A DNA stretch of 64,000 bases from Deinococcales bacterium (GTDB lineage Bacteria > Deinococcota > Deinococci > Deinococcales > JAAFIG01). Shown here piece by piece: positions 47,410-56,169 of the stretch (within the stretch, counting starts at the first letter, position 1; every line of letters starts with the position of its first letter). The notes beneath the pieces were generated by a model. The model did no database searches. It worked only from the letters and a program-made list of their open reading frames with translations, and had not been told where the DNA came from. Position numbers and translations under genes: made by a program. The DNA is taken from assembly GCA_043778225.1 (NCBI GenBank), contig JAYWGM010000032.1, forward strand, positions 42,364-106,363, written 5' to 3'.

Positions 47410-49020
47410 CTAACGCGCCATCCAGAGCTTAAAGGCATAGGGCATGGCATCTTTAATGTTGTAGGGTGGCACATTGCGTAAACGCGCACTCGAGGCGGTC
47501 ATACGTTCACGAAATAGCAGAATCATATTGGGTGGGTCGTCGTACAATGCTTGTTGGATTTGTGCCAGCACCGCAATTTGTTGGTTGCGGTCGGCGGTTG
47601 CAACCAAGCGCCCCAATAAGTTATCCACCCGTGGATTGTTGTAGGCTTGTCCGTTGTTTTGTCCAACGCTTAAAAACAGCCTTTGAATCCAGTCAATGTT
47701 AGGAATCGGAAAAGAAGCAAGGCGGGTTTGAAATGTGCCTTTGGTGGTTTCCTCGAGCCAGCGACCGCCGCGTTCTGCGAGGTCGTAAGTCACTTTCATG
47801 CCAATATCGCTAAAGTATTGTTGCAAAATCAGTCCAAATTGCTCGCGCTGCACATCACCTTTGTCTACTAAAATCTTAAATTCAAAGATTTTGCCGTCTT
47901 TCTCGAGGATACCGCTACTGTTGGGTCGCCAGCCAGCTTCGGCAAGTAAGGCTTTGGCACGGGTTGGGTCGTATTCACGGAATTTAACTTCGGGACGTGG
48001 AACCCAAGTTAAACCTTTAGGAATATACAAATCGTCTATATAACCAAGGTTTGGTGAAACAGTCTGAGCAGCTTTACGGCGGTCTACCGCGTGCATCATG
48101 GCTTGGCGTACCTTCAGGTCTTGAAAAATCGGTAAGCGCAAATTCCAAGCAAAAATCTGATAGCCAAGGCTGTCAAAGGTGGTGACTTTAATGTTTTGGT
48201 TGGCTCGGACGGCGTTCAGTTGTGGAGCTTCGATGTCTACCCAGTCTAATTGTCCAGTCAAGAGTTGGGTCACCCGTGTGTTACCGTCTGGCACAATCTT
48301 AAAGGTAATACCATCAAGGTTAGGACGACCTAAGAAAAACTGTGGGTTTGCCTCGAGTTCAAAAAATTGCCCCGGTACAGCCCGTTTCATCTTAAATGCG
48401 CCATTGCCAATTGGGGTGCGGGTGTTAAAAGCGGTTGCATCTTTGAGGCGCTTAAAGCCACTCAAAACGTGTTTTGGCAAAATTTCGCTGCCACCCAGCG
48501 CCAAGCGGTCATCAAAAAAAGCGTCGGGTGAGTTCAAAAAGACCCGTACCGAATAGCCACCAATCACTCGAACTTCTTTGACTTTGCGAAAATCTGGTAG
48601 GTTGGTTGCCCCTTCTTCTGGGTCGCGCAAGCGGTCAAAGGTAAATTTGACATCTTCGGCAGTTACGGCTTTACCATCGTGCCAACGGGCATTGCGCCGT
48701 AAATTAAAAGTCCATTCGGTCAGTGCGGCATTGCTCGAGTAACTTTGAGCCAAGTATGGCTCGAGTTTTAAGGTGTATGGATTGACGGCAGTCAGTGGAC
48801 TAAACATCGTCCAATTGACAATCGTAGCGGCTAATTCGGCAGGCAAAATCGGGTTAAACGAACCCGGCTGAGTCGCCAATGGAATCTCGAGGATTCCTCC
48901 TTTTTGGATTTCGCTCTGCGCTTGGGTACCAGTTTGTGTCAGCACTAGGGCTGTGGCACAAAGCACAGTACCAAGTGCGGCGAAGCGTAAGAACTTCAAT
49001 CCATCGTAACGAATTCCCAT
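47410..49020 (-). CDS. ABC substrate-binding protein, family 5
   Basis: WTFNLRRNARWHDGKAVTAEDVKFTF, VRQAM; GGAGG RBS before ATG 49020. Confidence 0.92.
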   Translation of the reverse strand: MGIRYDGLKFLRFAALGTVLCATALVLTQTGTQAQSEIQKGGILEIPLATQPGSFNPILPAELAATIVNWTMFSPLTAVNPYTLKLEPYLAQSYSSNAALTEWTFNLRRNARWHDGKAVTAEDVKFTFDRLRDPEEGATNLPDFRKVKEVRVIGGYSVRVFLNSPDAFFDDRLALGGSEILPKHVLSGFKRLKDATAFNTRTPIGNGAFKMKRAVPGQFFELEANPQFFLGRPNLDGITFKIVPDGNTRVTQLLTGQLDWVDIEAPQLNAVRANQNIKVTTFDSLGYQIFAWNLRLPIFQDLKVRQAMMHAVDRRKAAQTVSPNLGYIDDLYIPKGLTWVPRPEVKFREYDPTRAKALLAEAGWRPNSSGILEKDGKIFEFKILVDKGDVQREQFGLILQQYFSDIGMKVTYDLAERGGRWLEETTKGTFQTRLASFPIPNIDWIQRLFLSVGQNNGQAYNNPRVDNLLGRLVATADRNQQIAVLAQIQQALYDDPPNMILLFRERMTASSARLRNVPPYNIKDAMPYAFKLWMAR

Positions 49021-49074
49021 ATGACCTCCAAAACGCATGAATCGTTTACTTGAGTGATGATGAACCCAACAAAA

Positions 49075-49251
49075 TATACCAGTACGCTAGTATATTATTC
49101 TCTTCTTTGGCAGTCTGTCAAGAATCATCTTACAATTTGCTGACATTGATAAAAATCTGTTTGTCACGACAAAATACTCTATTTTTGAAATCATCTTGAC
49201 AATTTGAGCCTTGAGTTCTACAATTCTTAATTGTACCAGTACAATAGTACA
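49075..49251. promoter_or_regulatory. Divergent promoters with two putative GntR operators
   Basis: TATACCAGTACGCTAGTATA (49075-49094) and TGTACCAGTACAATAGTACA (49232-49251); rightward TTGACA-17-TACAAT (49196-49224); leftward TTGACA at 49116-49121. Confidence 0.7.
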
Positions 49252-49269
49252 ATTTTTTAGGAGGAAGTC

Positions 49270-49479
49270 ATGGCTATCGTTCGTGTAGAAATTGCCAAGC
49301 GTCCACAACATCAGCGCGATGCAATCATTGAAGGTATTACTCGAGTCTTGGTTGAAAACGGCGCACACACCGAAGGGGTTCAAGTGTTACTCTATGAACT
49401 CGAGATGGATGTTTGGGGTAAAGGCGGTCTAACATTTGCCGAACGTCAAAGACGACGTGAAGCTGGGGAGCAAATCTGA
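49270..49479 (+). CDS. 4-oxalocrotonate tautomerase superfamily protein lacking Pro1
   Basis: MAIVRVEIAKR...GVQVLLYELEMDVWGKGG; AGGAGG RBS. Confidence 0.75.
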   Translation: MAIVRVEIAKRPQHQRDAIIEGITRVLVENGAHTEGVQVLLYELEMDVWGKGGLTFAERQRRREAGEQI

Positions 49480-49520
49480 CTCGGGTCATTAAACGAAGTC
49501 CAGCCGAACCTCTGCCGTTA

Positions 49521-50495
49521 TTGGTTGCCGAGGAAGGTCATGAGCCGATTTATTTGCAAATCGCTCACCAGATTCGGCATCACATCATCAGCCGTCGGCT
49601 CGATGAAGGGGCGCGTTTGCCTTCAGTACGTGAAGTCGCGCAGCAGCTTGGAGTTAATGTTAATACTGTTGTACAGGCATACCGCACCTTACAACAAGAT
49701 GGCTTAATTGACAGCACCGCCGGGCGCGGAACAGTGGTCAATGCCTTATCGCAAAGTGACAACAGCTATAACGAACGCCAAACGCTGCTGCTCGAGAGCC
49801 TAAGTTATGCTGTCATGCGCGGACGGGCGCTTGGTTTTGGGGCAATCGAATTAAAACAAGCCTTTCAAACTGCCCTGAATCTTTTACCGACACCTATACC
49901 CGCCGTGCTAATTGCCCCAACCGAAGACATTGGACGCAAGTATGCTGCCCAAATTCACAATGCACTTGGCATAAGAAGCCAAACGCTACATCCTTTTACG
50001 CTCGAGCAACTCCAGTCTGGTTTGCCCGCGCTGCTCAAGCTACTCGAGGTTGCTTACCATATTGTGACCTTCACCTTGCTTGTTCCAGCCACACGCCGCG
50101 CCCTTGAAGCTCAAGGTCTTCATGCCAATGTGATTGGTATTACTGCTGAAGCCAGCCATAAAACTTTAGCGGGCTTAAAAAACTTACCGCCGCAGGGTCG
50201 TTATGGACTGGTCACCGAAGAGCGCAATGTCAGCACTTTTTTATCAATTTTGCAACAGCACAGTCAAATAGATCACCACCAAGTCAAGGTTTTTCTACCC
50301 GAGTCGCTCGAGCAACTTAAAAAGGCTTTGCCAAACCTTGATACAGTCTTGTATTCGTTGGGTGTTAAAAAACTGCTTGACAACGCAGCCATACCCCAGA
50401 CCATGCGTTTTGAACTTGAGTTTGAAATCAGTCAAGACGCTGTCTTTCGCTTGCATTCAATTTTCAACCCAACGGCTTTGGCATTAGCCGACTAA
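49521..50495 (+). CDS. GntR family regulator (YtrA-like HTH, long C-terminus); start uncertain
   Basis: PIYLQI...RLPSVREVAQQLGVNVNTVVQAYRTL...GRGT. Confidence 0.88.
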   Translation: MVAEEGHEPIYLQIAHQIRHHIISRRLDEGARLPSVREVAQQLGVNVNTVVQAYRTLQQDGLIDSTAGRGTVVNALSQSDNSYNERQTLLLESLSYAVMRGRALGFGAIELKQAFQTALNLLPTPIPAVLIAPTEDIGRKYAAQIHNALGIRSQTLHPFTLEQLQSGLPALLKLLEVAYHIVTFTLLVPATRRALEAQGLHANVIGITAEASHKTLAGLKNLPPQGRYGLVTEERNVSTFLSILQQHSQIDHHQVKVFLPESLEQLKKALPNLDTVLYSLGVKKLLDNAAIPQTMRFELEFEISQDAVFRLHSIFNPTALALAD

Positions 50496-50522
50496 ATAAT
50501 TCAGACCATCTTGGAGGTTTTT

Positions 50523-51356
50523 GTGAGTAGTCCCGCTCGTTATGTCTATTTGGGTCGGCTTAAAGCCTACCTCAATAAATTTGATCAATCGCTCGAGGTT
50601 TTTAGCCAAGGTTTAGAGCAATTCCCGAGTAGTCCGCATTTATACCGCCACAGGGCGCACCGTTTTATTACCTTGCGTGATTTTGACAATGCCATTTTGG
50701 ATTTTGAAAAAGCCATTGAACTGACCCGCAATATGCCGGATGAAATCGAATATTATCAACCACAAGTCGAGCGCGATATTGCCCATTTGATCCTTGACCA
50801 AGCTGACCAAATTCAGACCGAACCAACCCTAATTACCCCAGAAACACTCAAGCGCTTAAAAGATACCTATAAAAGCACCCTGAAATCGAGTATCTACTAC
50901 CATTACGGCTTAGCTTACTATCTCAAAAGCGATTTTGAAAAAGCCGCCCAGATTTACCGCGAAACCCTGACCCATTGTGTGGATGACGACATGAGAGCCG
51001 CGACCACCGATTGGTTGTATATGAGCTTGCGCCGATTGGGGCAAATAGCTGAAGCCGCGATTGTCCTTAAAACCATCCATCCCGAAATGCACATTGTTGA
51101 GTCGTCGTATTTTAAGCGCTTATTGATGTATCAAGGTCTGGTCAAACCCGAAGAATTACTACCCGAAAATGCCGATTCTTCCAGAGAAATCGCCACCCAA
51201 GGCTATGGTTTAGGCAATTGGTACTTTTATAACAACGACCTCGAGCAAGCTAAAAAGACCTTTCAGCGCGTACTTAACCTCAAACAGACCAGTGCCTTTG
51301 GTCATATTGCCGCAGAACTCGACATCGAGCGCCATCTCCAAGGGGTATCTATATGA
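50523..51356 (+). CDS. TPR-repeat protein
   Basis: YLGR, LYRHRAHRFI, YHYGLAYYL, YGLGNWY; GGAGG RBS. Confidence 0.75.
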   Translation: MSSPARYVYLGRLKAYLNKFDQSLEVFSQGLEQFPSSPHLYRHRAHRFITLRDFDNAILDFEKAIELTRNMPDEIEYYQPQVERDIAHLILDQADQIQTEPTLITPETLKRLKDTYKSTLKSSIYYHYGLAYYLKSDFEKAAQIYRETLTHCVDDDMRAATTDWLYMSLRRLGQIAEAAIVLKTIHPEMHIVESSYFKRLLMYQGLVKPEELLPENADSSREIATQGYGLGNWYFYNNDLEQAKKTFQRVLNLKQTSAFGHIAAELDIERHLQGVSI

Positions 51357-52396
51357 TTGCCAACCGTGAAAACCGAGGCTTCCACGCCATTCTCGAGAAC
51401 CCACCGCCGTACCCGTTTGTCGATGCCTGTATTCAAGCCTGGCCCGATGCCGATTATGCCAATGCTCACCGACATGGCGCAACAGCGTATTGTGTGACGG
51501 CTTTTCATCCACAAAAAACCCTTGAGGAATCGCTCGAGGAAATCATGTACTGGCACTTGATTGCTCGCCGTAACCCCAATCTGCGGGTGGCAACCACGGC
51601 TGCCGACATCGTTGAAGCCCACCAACAAGGGCAAGCCTGTTTTGTGCTGGCATCTCAAGACGGCGAATTTATCTGGGGCAAACTACACCGCCTTGAAGCC
51701 TTTGCCCGCCTTGGAATGCGAATTATGATTCCAGCCTATAATCGCAATAACCTGATTTGTGGAGGCTGTCTGGACTTGGGCGATGTTGGACTAAGCCAGT
51801 TTGGGCATTTGGTGATCGAAGAATGTAATCGCCTTGGAGTGCTGCTTGACTGCAGCCATGTCAGCCGCCGAGCCAGTTTTGAAATCATCGAAAAAAGCAC
51901 TCAGCCTGTTATTTTTAGTCATTCAAACCCAAGTCAATTGGCACAAAATCCACGCAACATAGACAACCAGCAAATTCTGGCTTGTGTCGCTAAAGGTGGT
52001 ATTATTGGGGCGGTCAATTGGGGACCGCTCGCCCAAAAAACCGAACAGAATGTTCGCCCAACCTTATCGGATTTTCTTGACCATATCGATTATCTGTGTA
52101 ACTTGGTTGGCAATGCTGACCATGTTGGCATTGGTAGCGACATGAGCCTTGGTTCTTATCCAGACCATACCTACGATGTCTGGGGACACCCCAATTATCC
52201 AAATACCATGGCAAAGTACAATCAAGCTGTGCCAATCGCTTTTCGTTCACCACTGCGCTACACCGAAGGATTCGATAGTTTTTCGCAAATTAACGATGTG
52301 ATTCTTGGACTCGAGGCACGCAAATACACCTCGGAGCAAATCGCAGGTATTCTTGGCGGCAATTTAATTCGGGTATTTTCTACAGTCTGGAAATAA
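51353..52396 (+). CDS. Membrane (renal-type, M19) dipeptidase family
   Basis: GLSQFG, LDCSH, IFSHSN, PRNIDN, HVGIGSD, ILGGNLIRV. Confidence 0.88.
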   Translation: MIANRENRGFHAILENPPPYPFVDACIQAWPDADYANAHRHGATAYCVTAFHPQKTLEESLEEIMYWHLIARRNPNLRVATTAADIVEAHQQGQACFVLASQDGEFIWGKLHRLEAFARLGMRIMIPAYNRNNLICGGCLDLGDVGLSQFGHLVIEECNRLGVLLDCSHVSRRASFEIIEKSTQPVIFSHSNPSQLAQNPRNIDNQQILACVAKGGIIGAVNWGPLAQKTEQNVRPTLSDFLDHIDYLCNLVGNADHVGIGSDMSLGSYPDHTYDVWGHPNYPNTMAKYNQAVPIAFRSPLRYTEGFDSFSQINDVILGLEARKYTSEQIAGILGGNLIRVFSTVWK

Positions 52397-52512
52397 TACC
52401 AATTTTGCGTTTAAGTGAGGCATTTCGCCTCACTTAAACAGCACGCTCTAAAATGAATCGAAAAGTTCTTAGCTACTCGAGCCACACCACTTTTGCGGTA
52501 AACTCGAGTACG

Positions 52513-53562
52513 ATGATAGAACTACAGGTCAATTTACAACCCGCCTACCCGATTTTAATTGCTCGAGATGCTTTTTTATCGGTGCGAATACCAGAACGCC
52601 GCGTGGCGCTGCTGTGCGACGAACGTATCGCACCGTTGTATGCTCCAGCCTTGGTCTCGAGTCTCGAGCGAGGTGGCTCGGAGGTGCATTTATTGCTTGT
52701 GCCAAGTGGCGAAGCCGCCAAAACGCTCGAAGTTCATGCAAAACTATTGTCGGAACTTGCCCAACTTGGGCTAACTCGAGACAGTGCTGTGGTGGCGCTG
52801 GGTGGCGGCGCAACCTCGGACTTGGCGGGTTATGTGGCTGCCAGTTATTTGCGCGGTATTGCTTTTTATGTTTGTCCGACCACACTGCTGGCGATGGTAG
52901 ATGCCAGTGTTGGTGGTAAGACTGGGGTCAATCTGCCCCAAGGTAAGAATTTAGTCGGCGCGTTTCATCAGCCGCGTGCTGTTTTTATGAACACCAGTAG
53001 CCTCGAGTCACTACCAAGTGCCACTTTCCGCGAAGGTGCAGCCGAACTTTTTAAGCATGGTTTGATTGCCGACTCTAAACTCTGCCAACTGGTTCTCGAG
53101 GCTGGATTTAATGCCCAGCACCCGAGGCTCGAGACGACACTAGCCTCTGGAGTACAAGTCAAAATAGATATTGTGCAGCAAGACCCGTTTGAGCAAAATA
53201 TACGGGCTTTCTTGAATTTTGGACACACGCTGGCTCATGCACTCGAGGCAATCACCCACCATGCTATTCCACATGGAGAGGCAGTCGGTTATGGAATGCA
53301 CTATGCGGCGCTGCTTGGTAAAACCCTTGGTTATGCTGATGTGACCCACTTAACAAACGCCTTTCTCGAGTACCAAAAGCCAACCGCCTTACCAAGTCTG
53401 GAATGGATTAAAATTCGTGATTTTATGGCACGCGATAAAAAAGCCGACCAAACAGGAGTACGTTTTGTGCTGCTCGAGGATGTTGCCAAGCCTAAGCTCG
53501 AGCGTGTGCCAGAAGCGGCGCTCGAGATGGCTTGGGCAGCATTCAAAACCCCGAAGGTTTAA
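52513..53562 (+). CDS. aroB: 3-dehydroquinate synthase
   Basis: ALGGG, PTTLLAMVDASVGGKTGVN, LNFGHT, HGEAV. Confidence 0.96.
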   Translation: MIELQVNLQPAYPILIARDAFLSVRIPERRVALLCDERIAPLYAPALVSSLERGGSEVHLLLVPSGEAAKTLEVHAKLLSELAQLGLTRDSAVVALGGGATSDLAGYVAASYLRGIAFYVCPTTLLAMVDASVGGKTGVNLPQGKNLVGAFHQPRAVFMNTSSLESLPSATFREGAAELFKHGLIADSKLCQLVLEAGFNAQHPRLETTLASGVQVKIDIVQQDPFEQNIRAFLNFGHTLAHALEAITHHAIPHGEAVGYGMHYAALLGKTLGYADVTHLTNAFLEYQKPTALPSLEWIKIRDFMARDKKADQTGVRFVLLEDVAKPKLERVPEAALEMAWAAFKTPKV

Positions 53563-53573
53563 TTTCGGGGTTT
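53546..53573. terminator. Hairpin between convergent genes
   Basis: AAACCCCGAAG-GTTTAA-TTTCGGGGTTT. Confidence 0.6.
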
Positions 53574-53597
53574 GTTGAGCCTTGTTACTTGAGGGTT

Positions 53598-54320
53598 TTA
53601 GCGACGAGTTGCAACTTCTTTGCCTTCTTTAGTCGCCTTAAAGTCAAGCCAGAATCCTTGTAGATTTCCAGTGCTTGGATTACCCGAAAAAATGGAGACC
53701 ATTGGGGTCGTGCCGGCTTGCCAAGCAATCGCCATAAAGTCATCCAAAAATGTACCGATACCGCGCCAGACTTGACCACGGCTGGTGAATTGGGCAGTAT
53801 AGCCGTTGCCAAAGTTCTCAAGTTGCATCGTGCCATCATAGGTTGTGCCATCTGGGTTTGAACCACGAATGCCGTAAGTACCCTTAAAATTCCAACTCTG
53901 GGTTGAGGGTGCGCTTGAAACACTCGAGAAAGTCCGTGAGCCGCTCAGGGTTACTTCTTCAGAGCCTTCGGCGCTGTTGTCAAAACTCTGCCAGTAGCCA
54001 CTCATTGTATTTGCACCAGTCACACGATAAATAGAGACACTTGGGACTCCCGAAACCATATAGGCTCCGGCTAAGTAGTCTTTAATATCGTTGCCGACAC
54101 CGCGCCAGACATCGCTGCCATATTCTTGAACCATGCTGTAGCCGTCACCTTGCGGCGCGATGGTCATTGTGCCTTGATAAAGTTCACCCGTTGGTCCTTT
54201 ACCCGAGACACTGTATGTGCCATCAAATACCAGACGACCCTGTGCCACGCTATTGGTCAAGGCACTGCTAAGGGCAAGAGCAGCGATTCCAGCTAAGCCG
54301 AATTTCAAAACATTTTTCAT
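53598..54320 (-). CDS. Secreted two-repeat beta-rich protein, paralogue 3
   Basis: Signal MKNVLKFGLAGIAA; two GTY.V.G..P.G..Y.GTM...G.W repeats. Confidence 0.8.
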   Translation of the reverse strand: MKNVLKFGLAGIAALALSSALTNSVAQGRLVFDGTYSVSGKGPTGELYQGTMTIAPQGDGYSMVQEYGSDVWRGVGNDIKDYLAGAYMVSGVPSVSIYRVTGANTMSGYWQSFDNSAEGSEEVTLSGSRTFSSVSSAPSTQSWNFKGTYGIRGSNPDGTTYDGTMQLENFGNGYTAQFTSRGQVWRGIGTFLDDFMAIAWQAGTTPMVSIFSGNPSTGNLQGFWLDFKATKEGKEVATRR

Positions 54321-54459
54321 AAATCCTCCTTGGTACTTGTCAACTTTACTCAGTACAGCGTCGCACCAGCGTCGCATGGACTTAGATTAAGCCTACATGG
54401 TCAGCGTCACACGCCCGTGAGACGAAAACAAAACACAACTATTTATGACAACCCCTTTA

Positions 54460-54505
54460 ACAACTCGAGACTCCAAAAGCGCTAACTTCTGGAGTCTCGA
54501 GTTGT
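54460..54505. terminator. 16-bp-stem hairpin with CTCGAG in both arms
   Basis: ACAACTCGAGACTCCA...TGGAGTCTCGAGTTGT. Confidence 0.65.
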
Positions 54506-54514
54506 GTAGCGCTG

Positions 54515-55237
54515 TTACTTTAGGGTCGCAGTTTCTGCGCCTTCTTTGGTGTTGTCATAATCTTGGTAATAGCCTTTCAGGTCGCCAGTGGTTGGGTTGC
54601 CTACAAAAATCGAAACTTGGGGGATGCCGCCAGCTTGATAAGCGATTGACAAGTTACTGCCAATATACGTGGCAATGCCACGCCAAGTTGTACCACCAGA
54701 GGTGAATCTGACACGGTAGCCAGCGCCATAATCGCTCACAACCATTGTTCCAGTGTAGGCACTGCCATCTGGATTTTTACCATTGATGCCATATGTACCA
54801 CTGTAATTCCAAGTTGCGGCAGCAAGCACTTTTGAAATACCCGAAAAAGCCGTTGCACCCGACACGGTGGCTTCTTCTGTGCCTTCTTTGGTATTGTCGT
54901 AGTCTTGCCAAAAGCCAGTCATGGTGTTGCCACTTGTGACACGATAAATCACCACTTGAGGCTTACCGCCACTGAGCAGTGAAACACCCAAGTTATCGCC
55001 TATATCTGTGGCAATGCCACGGTACGCTTCGTCACCAAATTTTTGTGCCACACGGTAGCCATCGCCGTATGGAGCAATCGTCATTGTACCCGTGTAGGCT
55101 GTGCCAGCCGTATCGTTACCTTTGACGTTGTATGTTCCCGCAAACTCTAAGCGTTGTTGAGCAGCACTGTTGGTGAGGGTGCTGCTGAGGGCAAAAGCAG
55201 CGATACCAGCCAAGCCAAATTTCAAAACGTTTTTCAT
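54515..55237 (-). CDS. Secreted two-repeat beta-rich protein, paralogue 2
   Basis: Same signal peptide and repeat architecture as paralogue 3. Confidence 0.8.
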   Translation of the reverse strand: MKNVLKFGLAGIAAFALSSTLTNSAAQQRLEFAGTYNVKGNDTAGTAYTGTMTIAPYGDGYRVAQKFGDEAYRGIATDIGDNLGVSLLSGGKPQVVIYRVTSGNTMTGFWQDYDNTKEGTEEATVSGATAFSGISKVLAAATWNYSGTYGINGKNPDGSAYTGTMVVSDYGAGYRVRFTSGGTTWRGIATYIGSNLSIAYQAGGIPQVSIFVGNPTTGDLKGYYQDYDNTKEGAETATLK

Positions 55238-55269
55238 AATACTCCTTTATAACTTGATCTCGAGAATTT

Positions 55270-55974
55270 TTAGCGTCGGGTGGCAACTTCAAGACTTTCT
55301 TTTGGGGTGTTGTAATCCATGTCAAAGCCGCTCATATCGCCCGAGGCTGGATTGCCTTCAAACAAGGTAATACCGGGTGCGCCAGCCGAATTCCAAGAAA
55401 TAGCCAAGTATTTACCGATGTAACTGGCGATACCGCGCCAAGTGTTACCACCCGAAACGTAGGTTGCACGGTAGCCATCACCAAAGCTGCTCAGAACCAT
55501 GGTGGCAGTGTATCCATCGCCGCGAATGCCATATGTTCCAGCGTAGTTCCAAGTGTTGCTGACTGGTGCGCTTGGGACAAAAGAAAAAGCTCGAGCCGTC
55601 AGGGTCAGGGTCTCTGTACCTTCTTTAGCTTGATCGTAATCTTGCCAAAAGCCTGTGAGGGTATTGGCTGCCGTAACTTGGTAAATCGAGATTGAAGGAC
55701 GACCATCCACAAGGTACGAACCCGCAAAATAATCACCGATGTCGTTGCCCACACCATTGTAAGTAACGCTCGGGTAAATTTGTTTGAGGCGGTAGCCATC
55801 GCCATACGGCACAGCGGTCATTGTACCCGTGTAGGTCGAGCCATCTGGGTATGTACCAGCAATGTTGTAAACACCATCAAAAATTAGACGACCTTGGGCA
55901 GTGCTGTTGGTCAAGGTACTGCTTAAAACAAGGGCGGCGATTCCGGCTAAACCAAATTTCAAAACGTTTTTCAT
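55270..55974 (-). CDS. Secreted two-repeat beta-rich protein, paralogue 1
   Basis: Same signal peptide and repeat architecture; AAGGAGG RBS. Confidence 0.8.
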   Translation of the reverse strand: MKNVLKFGLAGIAALVLSSTLTNSTAQGRLIFDGVYNIAGTYPDGSTYTGTMTAVPYGDGYRLKQIYPSVTYNGVGNDIGDYFAGSYLVDGRPSISIYQVTAANTLTGFWQDYDQAKEGTETLTLTARAFSFVPSAPVSNTWNYAGTYGIRGDGYTATMVLSSFGDGYRATYVSGGNTWRGIASYIGKYLAISWNSAGAPGITLFEGNPASGDMSGFDMDYNTPKESLEVATRR

Positions 55975-56090
55975 AAATCCTCCTTGGTACTTTTCGAGCT
56001 TACTTAATCAGCGTCACACGAGCGTGAGATGAAACTCTCACCAGACGGACATCACTAAATTAACTGTGAAACGCATTTTTTGCAAGAAAA

Positions 56091-56140
56091 GTTAAGGAAA
56101 ACTAAAGCCAAGCTAAAGCCAAACTAAAGCCAAGCTGAAG
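56091..56140. repeat. 11-bp-period direct repeats in a divergent promoter region
   Basis: GTTAAG (56091), CTAAAG (56102, 56113, 56124), CTGAAG (56135). Confidence 0.8.
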
Positions 56141-56169
56141 ACCCACGTATCTCGAGTTAAACTAAACCA

